A stretch of DNA of 64,000 nt from Dicyema japonicum (taxonomy: Eukaryota; Animalia; Dicyemida): NCBI GenBank assembly GCA_011109175.1, contig RDEW01000011.1, positions 304,193-368,192 of the forward strand. Reading direction: 5' to 3'. Shown here piece after piece: positions 49,039 to 60,879 of the stretch (positions within the stretch are counted from its first letter, which is position 1; each line of letters starts with the position of its first letter). The notes under the pieces were generated by a model. That model ran no database searches. It saw only the letters and a program-made list of their open reading frames with translations, and had not been told where the DNA came from. The position numbers and the translations under genes are program-made.

Positions 49039-50978
49039 ATGGATACTGATAGTGATAAATCCTTCGAAGAGATGGTTCAGCTTCTCGTAGCAGCCGGATA
49101 CTTTCGAGCTCGAGTTTCTCTATATTCACCTTTCGATAGGGTTCTGTAATGGTTAACATGTAGATCGTTGGGAGAATGGTTTGGTGCATCCTTAACTGCT
49201 CTGTGGCCATTAACATAGAATTGCTATTCCAACGAAACCTCATTATTAAACAAAAGATGTTTTTAAATGTTTTTACGTTTAGAGCCCTCAGTGAGTCGAT
49301 CGTCACAGCTCTTGTACAAATGAAGTGTCCTCAAATAGTAGAACCACATCAAATCTACGGACTTGACCTTGTCAATTTATTTCCGACAGTACAGTTGCCT
49401 GAAATTTTAATTTCGTAGTGGTTGGTCAAAAATGCTATGGAATTTAGAGATTTGAATGCTCGTACAATGAGGGAACAAGCATTGCTGGCCTTACGACAAA
49501 ACACTACGAACCTGATGTTGTTTATTGGCTAATTTTAGGCTATAAAAGCTGTCAATTTAGAATATCCCCCATGCTCTATGGTCAGACGATCCTTCCGACA
49601 GACTGAAAGTTCAAGAAATCAACCCCTATTTGTGCGATTAAGGAGAACCTTGAAGGAGTACTCTGATAACACGGATATTGATCAGCTACTTGCTCCCAAG
49701 ACAGAAGAAGCTAAACAAGTTGGGTCCAAGGAGATGAACGAGCAAATGACTTCTTCAGAGATTCAAGAGGACAATCTAGTGCAGCTCAGTAATCTTGTAT
49801 CCCCAAAACTTTCTCAGTTACTATAGGTTCCCTCCATCTCTACTGTTTCCCAACTTGTCTTCCAGCAATCTGAAGCAATCAAGGCTATGACGACAGAATT
49901 TGAGGCTAAACAGGACGAATTAATAGCACTGAAGACTCAGGGACCTCTCTACAGGCAAAAGAGAGTGGAAAATATAAAGCGAGAAATCGTCAAAACTGAG
50001 GATAAAATTAATGACATGATATCCGTTCGGGATTCCGTTCAAACTGAGATCAACAAATCATCGGAGAAAATTAAGGAGTACGTTGGGGGTTTAAAGGAAT
50101 GCAAAAAAGAGATCAATAAATTAGAGTCCGCCAAGTTGTGTTTTATAAGTTACTAGATCAGTAAGGGGGTGGCCGAGCTCGTTTCCGCTCAGAACGAGGT
50201 TACAGAATTGAACAAGAAGATAAGAGAGTTGAAGGACAAGTCGAATGAAGAAGCAGCTAAAATAGAGGCCAAAACACAGCAAATAAAGTCAAAAGTCGCC
50301 GTTCTTTCCTCCGAAAGACAACATCTGGAAGAAACCTCTGAAAAACTTCGTTCTTTTGTGGTTAGTCTATTGCTGACCCCAGGCCAAAAAAAGCAGATCG
50401 GCAGCGCTTTTAGAGAGGAAGATTGATCAGCAAATGTCGGCCACAGAGCTGAGTCAGTATTCCATTCGTTTTATTGAGCTGGAGAATGAAAGTACGAACG
50501 TATGGTCTATCCTAGTGAGCATTACACTTCGTGATACCACGCAGATACTCCTAATGAAGAATACAAACAACTGGTTGATTGATAGCTTCAAGAATGAGGT
50601 AAGAGATTATGAGATGTAGATCTCAATGCTGCAGTCTATAATAGATGCATTCAGGAGGTTGCCCTTTTGTAACAAACAATAGGGGACTTAAGACAGCGTC
50701 CTCTAGAATGATTTTTGTGGACGATTTGGGTAGAATATTGAATCAAGTTAAAGAATTGTTTGACAAGGTAACTGTTCCATAGCATCGTAGACCAATGATA
50801 GGCTGGATTCACAGTCCAGGTTAAAGGATGAAAGCAATAAGAGATTCCTGCAGTTGTTGGAGGATGACAGGCAGTACAGAGTCGTCTTAAAACAGTTCTC
50901 TGATGTATTTTTGGCTTCGATTTTCTATAGGAATGTTCACGGAATGCAAAACTTTCGGCCAAGGTTGCAAAATTATAA
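49039..50978 (+). CDS. CCDC93: CCC/Commander complex subunit CCDC93, 12 introns (21-30 nt)
   Basis: LLVAAGYFRAR..SPFDR|IVGRMVWCI, ALSESIV..MKCP..EPHQIYG, WLVK, ELSQYSIRFIEL, EISMLQSI, ..ECSRNAKL; three single-base discrepancies; an upstream exon is possible. Confidence 0.92.
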
Positions 50979-52028
50979 TTTATTTTTGATTTATTAACCG
51001 CATAATTTATTTTAGTGGCATTTTTTATTTATAAGAACAGATAATTCATACCTCTGATGTGATAATCCTTTTGTCCACTGTAGTTGTAGTTTGTTACTCA
51101 ACCTACTTTTACATTCTGAAAGTGATTAGTAAAGAACTTAAGCAGGTTTAAACCCGTTTGCGGGAATAGCGTGCTACAAAAAATAGCCATGGAAGCTTAA
51201 CTTGTGCAATAATTAGGAAAGATGGGACATGGAACCTTTGCAGCCCAGAGAGGGAATAGTCATGCAGTCAAGGCTGCGGCCCCATAATTATAATTTTTGT
51301 TTTTGCAATAAAGTTAACGTAGAACCTATAATTTTATTTAATTATCGTATTTTTGAAAGAATTTGTAAATTTTTACTAATAAACTTTTATCGCTTTTAAA
51401 ACACTGTTATTTCAATTATGTTCGATTTAATTACGTAATTTCAATTTTTAGTGGGTATTTATTTACTCCCAGTGCCTTCAAGTGAAGGTATCCGCTGGCT
51501 AACGGAAATACAACAATCAATAGTTGACGCTTTCGGAGATCGGTCAGATGCATCTGGTGTGACACAGCAATGAAAGGCGGATTCCAGTTGTCTCGACAAA
51601 AACAATCTTTTGTGTTCAATTTAGTTGGGAATTTGTAACAACGTAGTTGTTTACTTTACTTAATTGTTCTTAGGGAATCCCACTCGTACTTGAGAATGTC
51701 AATTCGATTTGTCTGAAAATATAATTATTTTCAAGTACGGTTGCGCTGTGAAGTCTAAATTAGAAAAAATATGTAATTATTATCATTTAAACCGAAATAT
51801 TAAGGGAATTTATAGACATTTCATTTAAACCGATAGATTTAAAATTTAATGCATAAATGAGAGACAAAGGCTTATGTTATTGTTAGAAATAATTTAATTT
51901 ATTGATTCTACATTTGCCATTGTTCCATTGCGTACCACCCGCCATTCTTTATGCTACGACGGTTTTCTTTTAGATTTTTTTGTATAGCAGGTTGGTTTTC
52001 GGCTCGATTTATTAGCAAATTAGATCGC

Positions 52029-52685
52029 ATGGAAGAACACAACATTGTAGTGATGGGAAGCGGGGGAGTAGGAAAAAGTGCATTGGTATGGCTATTTCTT
52101 ATAAAATAATACATTTTGAATGTTTAAAACTACTCTAGACTATGCAATTCACTCAGGACACCTTCGTCCTCAAATACGACCCAACGATAGAAGACTCGTA
52201 CTACCGAAACAAGGGTATTATTCAAAACGATTGATTTAGTGATCGACAACAAGGAATGTGCGTTGGAAATTTTGGATACAGCAGGAACCGAACAATTTTA
52301 CAGCGTTTATGAAATGTACATGAGAAGAGGGGATGGATTTCTTTTGGTATACTCGATCACTGAGCAACAAACCTTCGACTGGGTCCAGTGTCTCTACAAG
52401 CAGATCCAGGAGTTTCATGGACCAAATAAGGTCCCTGTCGTCATTGTGGGCAATAAATGTGACCTCGAATCAAACCGAATGGTCAATAGCCAGCTTCTCA
52501 CAAACCTTTCCAAGACTCTATTGGTCCCCGCTTTTGAAGTTTCTGCCAAAACTAGCCATAACGTAGAAAAGGTTATTTGCACTAAATTTATCTTTTAGGC
52601 CTTTTTTGACCTCGTTCGACGAATTCGTGCCAAGAAAAAAGAAACAAAATCAAAGTCTAAGAGAAAACGTTGCTCTTTATTATAA
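52029..52685 (+). CDS. Rap-like Ras-family GTPase, 3 introns (53, 25, 27 nt)
   Basis: GSGGVGKS, YDPTIEDSY, LDTAGTEQF (Thr61, Rap signature), GNKCDL, EVSAK, polybasic tail + CSLL CaaX. Confidence 0.88.
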
Positions 52686-52911
52686 CAAATTTTAACAGAA
52701 AAAATAAATTTGTGCTAAAAATTTAAAATTAATAATTTTAATTGATTATCAAATAACTTTAATTTTAGCAGTTTATCGAAATATTGGGTTCTTCATCTTG
52801 ACACTGACAAATCCCCAGTAAGTATGTGTGTCAGTAATATATCGGTTTTGAAGAATCGGTTCTGTTGAAATTTTTTAAATTGAATTATTGACGGCATTAT
52901 TTATAAGCGAA

Positions 52912-54347
52912 ATGGCGCAAACGAATCAGAAATGTTTGATAGTTCAACCAATGAGTCCTCGAATGAAGACAAAAGTTTCACTCCGTGGGACATGAATTTT
53001 TTTCAAAATTTACTTAAAGTCTATCCCAACTATATGTTTCACAACTTTGTAAGGACGTTTCCATTCACAATTCCGCTCATCAATCCACCTATGGTCCCAT
53101 TCTACTATCAAAATGAGAAAAAGGAGAAAAGATCTTCCCCCAAAGTGTTCTGTGGAAACGCTTATTGTAATCTCTGCGATAAGGAATTCTGCAACAAGTA
53201 CTTCCTCAAAATCCACAAGGAGAATAAACACCAAATCATAAATGGTAATGTTTATAACTGTAAATTATTTTAATCAATAAATAAGTTCAATGCTAATGAA
53301 AACATTTTTGCATTTTTTTACATTCAAGATTGGCATATTTTTATTTGTTTTTGACTAATTTTGATAGGAAATTCGGAAATGACGAGTAGATATTTTCAGC
53401 CTGGAGAACAGGTAATTAAAAATTTTAATTATTTTTGCTGATAGGTGGTATCGCCTATTTCAGTCATTCAATTTAGATTTTAATTAAAATATTTATTTTT
53501 GTTTACATTTTCTATTTTAGGAAGTCTCGAATAATTCAACGGACTGTGCTAAATCTGTTTATTACGAGAAAGCAGACGATTGTGAGACATTTCCTCAAAA
53601 TTTGAAAATCTGCAATTTTTGCAAGGCTGATTTTCCAAACAAAACTCTGTTGAATAGTCATTTGCAGGCCGCCCATGGCTCTGAGCTTGACATTCAGTAT
53701 TTGATGCCTTCCTTTGGAATGAAAAAGAAGATTATTACTGACAAGATGGGGTCCTCGAGAGTGAAATGCAAGATTTGTGGAAGGCAAGTCTGCAACAAAT
53801 ACTTTTTGAAGACACATCTAAAGAACCGTCATGGAAAGTTTCTAGACCGGAAGGACATGGTCACCAATGACGACCAACTTAAATACTCGGAGGATAATAA
53901 TAGGAGCAGAGTCTTTCAGTTCAATGTGGGGATATTCAGGATAAATGTGGCAAAAAAGTAGACGAGGGAATGTGTACAGGTGAAGGCGTGATCTCACATT
54001 GTAGAATCAAAAAATAAATGGTCTCAGACTTTTAGCGAAGTCATCGAGGATGATTGTAAATATTACACTTGTCGGTTTTGTAAAAGACGGGAGACTCAAA
54101 TCAATGACATTGTATGGCATTTGGTGTTAATTCATTCACCAGAATTGAGTAATTTTTAATGGTGATAGTAGGAGAGAACATAAAAATTCAAGGACAGGAT
54201 TTTTCGAAAGCTAGGTCTCTCCAGAGGTTTATAATAAATGAGGATCCTTCAAATAGAGTGGTGACTCCGTCGGAAATAAGCATTTCCGTTCGAGAACGAA
54301 TAACGAGTCCTACGTATGTCACCTTAAAACTTTACCCTTACAATTAA
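52912..54347 (+). CDS. Multi-C2H2 zinc-finger protein, 4 introns (123, 109, 25, 20 nt)
   Basis: YCNLCDKEFCNKYFLKIHKENKH, CNFCKADF..HLQAAH, CKICGRQVCNKYFLKTHLKNRH, CRFCKR..HLVLIH; three single-base shifts needed; start is 52912 or 52932. Confidence 0.7.
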
Positions 54348-54924
54348 TTTAATAATTCTCTTTTTTATCTTTGGCTAATAACATTTTGTATCCTTTAAAC
54401 AATTTTCCTTAAGAAAAGGCCGCATCGCAAAGAGATGGCTATTTCGGTCATTTATACATATTTATTGGAGGAAATTGGTGGGTAATAAGAAAGCACAACC
54501 AAAGGCGGACGTTCCCAGAGATCAGGTAGATGAATACTGCGGAACCGGGTCGTCTACAAGGACTCACATGCAAAAACAAAATAAGTGAAGAAAATCACTT
54601 GGTTCTCCCTCTACGATTAGTTGTCATAACTGTTCTTTGCTCTAATAATGTTTGTGTCCTGCCTGTGCGAAGTTATAAATTTTATGGATCTCACGAAAAG
54701 TGCCGTTTTTGTGTTCCACAGTGAAGAAAGGGACTTTTCAGAATCACACAAGTCCACCAAGAACCAGAAGAAAGAGAAGAAAATTTTCCACTGAAGAATG
54801 ATTCCCGTCGGATCTCTGGAAGCGTCCGCTCTAGGCTGTGACGTTAATATTAGCCACCGGTTTCTTTCACTCGAAGGGACCGGGGGTGAATAAGTCTTTA
54901 TTTTTAAAACCCCAAGACACAAAA

Positions 54925-55200
54925 AAGTATTAACCCGCTAAATTAAGCGATCCCAGCGTCCAACATCTCTCGAATTCTCTTCGAATGCTCCGCCAGTGAA
55001 CAAGCAGCGTTCCTGAAGTGTCTTCTTTTATTTCTGCAGAGGAATTCTTTTGGAGGGCACTTTTTAATGCCGATCTGAATTCCCCCGCATGAACCGCCCT
55101 CTCTCTGAATGAGTTTCCTAGCTCTTTGCACATACTTAGGAAGCCCTGGCCATTTCTCACCGTCGCCTCTCTGAAAGGAGACTGAGGATGGATATTGTGT
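54925..55200 (-). mobile_element. Family B LINE extreme 3' fragment
   Basis: ..AEHSKRIREMLDAGIA* followed by gggttaat parallels ..EHREKMARLLRDAGIT* at 47281. Confidence 0.6.
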
Positions 55201-55929
55201 CTAATTGTACATTCCGCATGGTCTTTCGTGTATATATGAATGAAAAATATAACATTTTAGTAAAATTATTAAGAACGTTCGAGGCTATAATTTATGTGAC
55301 TCATCTTAGTTTTTTCAAAGTTTGAGGAAAAAGAGATTCTAATCCAAAAAATCGTGCATCTGACGCTTCCTCGTTCTAAAACTTCGTACATCTAATGTCT
55401 TCCAAGTCAATCATTGAGGGGTTACGTTCATTCCGTGCAATAGAGGTACGCCATCCCTCAACGTTCTGATCAATTAATCACTTGGCCAACTGCTGTAGTA
55501 AACGAGAATAATCTTGTTTTATTTTTGATTTTGAAGAATAACCCAATTCAATTCAAAATATTTAAGATTTTTGAAATAGCAAAGTTTATTAATTTGATCA
55601 ATAATTAATTTCAGAGAAGGTTAAAAGGCAGATTATGACAGTTTTCTGATTTATAGTTTTAATAATGATTTAATGTTAAACTAGTTCAGCAAAAAAAATC
55701 GTATTATTGAGCATTTAATCATATTTTTGGACAATAACCAATTTATTAATAAACACAAACTATCATTGTCCAGTAGTAGTTCTCATGATGGAGAGCACAT
55801 TCCCTTTTGCGATGTGCTTAATCAGCCACCTGTCTTCTTTGTTGTCCTTTTTTTGATATCAACAATTCGATGACGCGTAAAAGGGTTATGAACCTGTGAG
55901 GAACTTTAGGTGAATCATATTAATGCCAG

Positions 55930-56100
55930 CAATTTTGGTCATGATAAGCACGTGCAACACGAGAAACTAAAAACAATGTCAGTCTTCTCCATTTCTTTCT
56001 GTCCGGCGCCAGTTCGTGTAATTCATAAGGGCATTTTTCTATCTGAGACACTTTCCAATTTTTGGGAGGTCATTGCCCAGGAGGACTTGGAGAATGATTT
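55930..56100 (-). mobile_element. RTE-like LINE 3' tip
   Basis: PPKNW..ELHELAPDRKKWRRLT. Confidence 0.5.
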
Positions 56101-56109
56101 TTGAATATT

Positions 56110-56295
56110 GGTAAGCCCAGCACAAACAGTAATAACTAATTGATCCAAGGAAGGAACCCAAAAGAGAACATCTGCTTGTGCCGACCAAATCCATTTTCCA
56201 ATAGTACATTGCAGGCTTCAGCTTCAGAAGCAAGGCGGAGAAGTAGGTTCGCCCTATTTCATTTTCATCACGTCCTACCATCGCGGAAAACAATT
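56110..56295 (-). repeat. Short interspersed repeat family C, copy 3
   Basis: aagcccagcacaaacagt..gaccaaatccat..gagaagtaggt. Confidence 0.85.
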
Positions 56296-56639
56296 CGTTC
56301 TTCAGTGGAATAGTTTTTATAATGTAATCTTCACCAGGGGATTTGGTCAGGGAGAAGGGTGGAAGATCTCTTCCAACTACTATGTCGTGCCAGAAAAACT
56401 CGTCGCCTCACGGGTGGGATCTGTTTGACAAGAATTGACCTTCGCTGAAAACACTATCTTCGAGTTCGAATCCACGACCTTCAGATCCTATGTCATCAGA
56501 CGTTACATTCAGTCAGAAGGTCCCCAAAAATAGAAACAACTGGGCTATGAGAATTTCGTATTTTTTTTTATTTTTAAAAAGCAATGAGTGAGTAATTGAC
56601 TTTTTTAAGTTTGAATTCTTATTAATACAAAATAAACAA

Positions 56640-57005
56640 ACAGGTCATACAGCGGCCGCCCTGACTGAGTTGCTATTCACTCTCAAGATGGCGAGGGAGA
56701 TTTGCTCAAATAACCAGCAGCGCTCATGGGGATCTCCTGTTCGTGTAGAAATCCGATTCCCTAGACGACTCAAGAATTCCATCGTCGCAGGCGCAATGGA
56801 ACCAGACGTCTCAACGGCGAGTGGAGCAAACAAAAAATCCGTGGTTAGGACCATATACTTTTCCCGTTTTGACCTTTCGGCCTTCTCAGCGGCAGAACAG
56901 GTTCTAAATGCACTCTGATGTAGGTCGCAGGGGCGAATGCGTCAACGCAGTTGACGTTCCAGACAAGAGGTTTCCCGTCTTCAAAGGGGAAGATGGTCAT
57001 CCTGA
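56640..57005 (-). mobile_element. CRE-type REL 3' fragment
   Basis: MTIFPFEDGKPLVWNVNCVDA, FLFAPLAVETSG, RISTRTGDPHERCWLFEQISLAILRVN. Confidence 0.88.
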
Positions 57006-57089
57006 CTATGAAAAATGGTTTATTGTATTCAAAATTATCAACTAATCTTGAAAGCCATTTATTTACTAGTAAATCAATTTAAGTAAGTC

Positions 57090-59337
57090 TCAGTAATCCT
57101 TCCATTCTTTACTCATTTCTATTTTGAACTGCATCAGTTTATATAATCCATTCAATAACGTCATCTGTCTGTGGGGATCTATTTTGACGTCTTGAATATT
57201 GGCATGCTTTTCCTTCAGTCGTTTATTCTCCATTTCGGTCGCTCTCACATCATTCTCTAACCTCTCTCTATTAAATTGTTCACAAAGTCATAAAACATGA
57301 GACTTTTCAAGCTATTTGGCTCTGAAACGTCCTCCAGAATATCTTCCAGTTGCTGCACTTCTTTCTGTGTGGCTATGTTTTCCTCCTCAAGCCTATCTTC
57401 CTGTTCTTTTAGTCTAGCGTATTCCTTAAGATTGAATTCAAAACAAACTCTCTCAATGTCCCCGAGTCCTTCTGATAGTTCAGTTTCCTTATCGGAATAA
57501 GCTGTAAATTTAGCATCAAAGTCTTCTTTCAATGACTTTGAAAATATAAAAACATGAAACATTGTAATCTGATCGAAGTTGTCGAATGCCTTTGATTTGT
57601 TGAGAAAAATTCTCCTTTCGTCGAGCGAATTCATCATTCAATGAAATGTTGATTTCTTTGAGTTCATCTAAGTTAAGGTATCCCTGATTATGTCTCTGAG
57701 TTGATTGAGTCATTTCTTTTAGTGAAAAGTAATTTGGAATTCCAATTTCAATCTCAATCTCTTTCTTTGATGTAAAATAATTTACTAACCAGTTTTTGCT
57801 TAGTACTTGTACTGCTCTTCTTCACTTCTTCCAGTTTTAATGTTAGAAGACCGAGGTCCGCTTCGGACTTTAGCAACTTCTCCCTCTTGGTGTTGTATTC
57901 TGGCATTAATGAATTTATTTCTCCATTTTTATTATAAATCTGTTAAATTGGGGCAAAGTTATAACTTTGTTTAGTACTTCTCCGTTGGAGCTTGAATATA
58001 ACAATTCTGTCCTCGTCTGAATTTCCGACTGTAATCGCTCTTGTTGATTCTCCAATCGCAACAGGGACTCGGCTTGTTGTTCTTTTTTCCGAGTAATATT
58101 TTTTTGCCTAAAATAAATCATATTTGTGGTGGTATAATGTACCTGGTTTTTGAAACCGATATTCTCCTCCTTATTTTCCCCCATAATCAGCTTTTCCTCC
58201 CCCAATTTTACAATCTCATTCCTCAATTCTTTAATCTTCAATCATTTACAAAAATAAACCTTCACTTTGATGCTTTCGACTTCATGTTCCGTGAAGACTC
58301 GCTCTTTATCAATGTAGCTTAGATTTTCGACTTCGCGCTCCAAACTATCAACTTCTCTGGGAAACTTCTCTGAAATCAAGTATTTTTTGAATGAGACTTC
58401 ATCTTGTAGTTTGTTGAGGAGACCTATACTGAGGAGGAATCGACACCTTCGGGGGTCATTTCTTCATTTGCAGAATGAGACCGTTCTATGTCTATTTTCA
58501 ACCTATGAATTTTGGATTCAAGTAATGCAATCTAAATTTATTCCTTTAAAAACCTCATTTTTCGTTTGATTTTTTTCTGTCAAGATTTTTGCTTTCTTTG
58601 TTCGCTGGTGATGGAGTTCCCGACAAGGACCATCCAGTTTATCTGCGTCATCCATTTTGTTTAACTCAAATAAGCTCGTTTTTACCTTTTTCTTGGTTTG
58701 TTCCACTCGTTGGATCAACTGGTTTTGCTCCTTTATAAGAGCGTCAATCTTTAGTTTGATTTCTGACCCGCTTTTGTTATAATTTTTTATTTCCTCGTGT
58801 TTTTTGTGGGTCTCTTTAAATTTTTCGATTAGTTCTTGGTACTTTATGTGCTAAAACTGAAGTACCTGCCCATATAATTCTGCTAGTTGAGTGTTTTGTA
58901 GAAATTCAGGAGGGATTTGAATCTTCATGAGATATTTCGCCAAGTATGCTCTTAAAGACAATTTTTCAAAATTTTTTAGTAACCAAAGAGTGATGGTATA
59001 TAATAGATGTTTTCTCCCAACTCTCAGATCTGCCAAAAATGTGCTGCCTTTAAAATACGGTAGACTAACTCATGGTTTGCTTCAAAGGGATATTTGAAAA
59101 TCCCTAAGGTCTGCATAATCCTTGATGTGGCATTCTCGATGCCTTCTTCCAGAATTTTTGTTTTGGTGGACTATCATTAAAATATCATATAACTTTATTC
59201 TCAATTTTGGAAAGAACATAGCTTAGAAGTTGGAGAAGTGAAGTCCCTTCCAAATTATCAAAGGACATTTGACTATATTTACAATTAAATGGAGGTCTTT
59301 TCAAATATTCTATTATTTCAAACGCCTGTTCGTTCAT
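57090..59337 (-). CDS. IFT81: Intraflagellar transport protein IFT81, 13 introns (21-35 nt)
   Basis: IIEYLKRPPFN..SFDNLEGTSLLQLLSYVL, RIMQTLGIFKY, LWLL..LRAYLAKYLMKIQIPPEFLQ, YQELIEKFKETHK, coiled coils, ..RQMTLLNGLYKLMQFK. Splices without frameshift; two in-frame introns are inferred only from their motifs. Confidence 0.93.
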
Positions 59338-59499
59338 TTTAGATCCTTGGAGATAATAATATTATATTTTTTATTTTTATAAATATTTTTAAGTAAATTA
59401 AAAATTTTAAGTATTTCTTTTATTCTTCAAATGGTTGATAAACTTGGGGATCCCCACTAACACACACATGTCCTTTTCCTCTCATGTCGACGGCATCTC

Positions 59500-59985
59500 C
59501 GGAAGCTGCTCAAAAAAGCTAGAATAATCAAATCTATTTTTGGCGGCATTAAGACCCCTTTTCCAGCAATGAAATTATTGTACAAACAATTCATTGAGCC
59601 ATCTGTCAGCTATGTCTGTGCGTTATGGGGAATCAATCTGTCCTGGACGAACAAACAAAAAATCAGCGACATTCAGTCCTTGACAGCCACTACTATTAGT
59701 AATCTCGGAAACTAGAAAAAACTAATCCCCTCATCACTTGAAGACCTTATCCGATAAAATGGAAAGGATTTGCTTCCCTGTGCATGAACTCCAACTCCCA
59801 ACGTGTCTTATGAGATGGATATACATAACCCCGCTCCAATTTCTATTCCCCAAACATCCCGCCCACAGAAAGCTGAGTTAGATCCCAGAAGACACACAAG
59901 GAGAGGATGAGAAATTTGATTGAGGCTGTCAAGATAACTTAATTAATTTTAGTAATTAAAGTAACTATTGGTGTTCTTGGGTTAA
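59500..59985 (+). mobile_element. Family B LINE 3' fragment
   Basis: LLYKQFIEPSVSYVCALWG; same tail aactattggtgttcttgggttaa as at 47160. Confidence 0.8.
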
Positions 59986-60049
59986 AAAAATGGGGTTGGG
60001 GTCACTAACTAAGATATCTCATGGCTGCTGTCTTTCGCGTTTAATTGAT

Positions 60050-60600
60050 CAATAATTTTCGTAGCAACCATTTCATGTAGGTCACCTCCTCGTGGAAAAA
60101 ACTTCCTACATTTATAGCCAACATACTCAACTTCTCTCCTTTACCAAACAGCTACCAAGTAGTTCGCTTGGTAGTAGCTACGCCAAACTACCGTTCCGAG
60201 ATTTCTTTAATCATAGGTTACCTGACGGATTTCTATGAATGTCCACTTCCCCGCTAGCCACCGCTTTCATCCACTTGAGGGGAATTGGGGTAATAAAAAC
60301 CATAGAAAACGCTAGTAATCTAATCAACGAGTGAACTACTAATGTCTTTGTGATCGATCGAGGCATTGTGTCCAATAAGTTTACCGCGTTGTAAAAGGAT
60401 GGAAAATTGTTGCCGTCATACATGTTGCACACCAAAACCTGTCTCCTTGAACGCTTTCCTCACCTATGATATGCCATGACTTGTGGTTTTACTCTTGGGA
60501 TATTTTTTGCCTCTCAAGGAGAGTTTGGAAATTGTAGGAAGCTAGGATCCTAATTAGTTGGTTTTACACATTTCTTAGATTTTCGAGTAAATCGATGTTA
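60050..60600 (-). mobile_element. LINE APE 5' relic
   Basis: IRILASYNFQTL and YGFYYPN APE-like segments; many stops. Confidence 0.45.
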
Positions 60601-60879
60601 CGCTAACTTTTTGGTTTGATTTGTGTTTCTGACTGTTTTTAGTTTTTGAAGCTTCGTGTTTCTAACGTTTCTTGTGTCTGTGATTTAGTTCACAGAAGTA
60701 TTTGATTCAATAGATCTACGTCACCAACTCAGTCTCTTGACAACGTTGCTACATTGAAAAACTGAAAATAGTAATCGCAATTAATTGGGCATTACCTTAT
60801 TCTGATATCTCCCTTTTTTATGTTTGCTTTCTTGTCTTTCATTTTTTAGTTTAGTGGTTGACACCTCTCTAATAATATC

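Noticed and set aside
54930-55160. Standalone genes from ORFs 54930-55160 and 54943-55131
   Set aside because: One frame ends like the family B LINE C-terminus and is followed by its gggttaa tail.
57257-58718. SMC or myosin-like coiled-coil call for the minus-strand ORFs
   Set aside because: They are exons of IFT81, whose N-terminal CH-like domain aligns clearly; no Walker motifs.
59340-59460. RFX X-box upstream of IFT81
   Set aside because: Only a loose palindrome (atctccaaggat) that lacks the required GTT/AAC ends.
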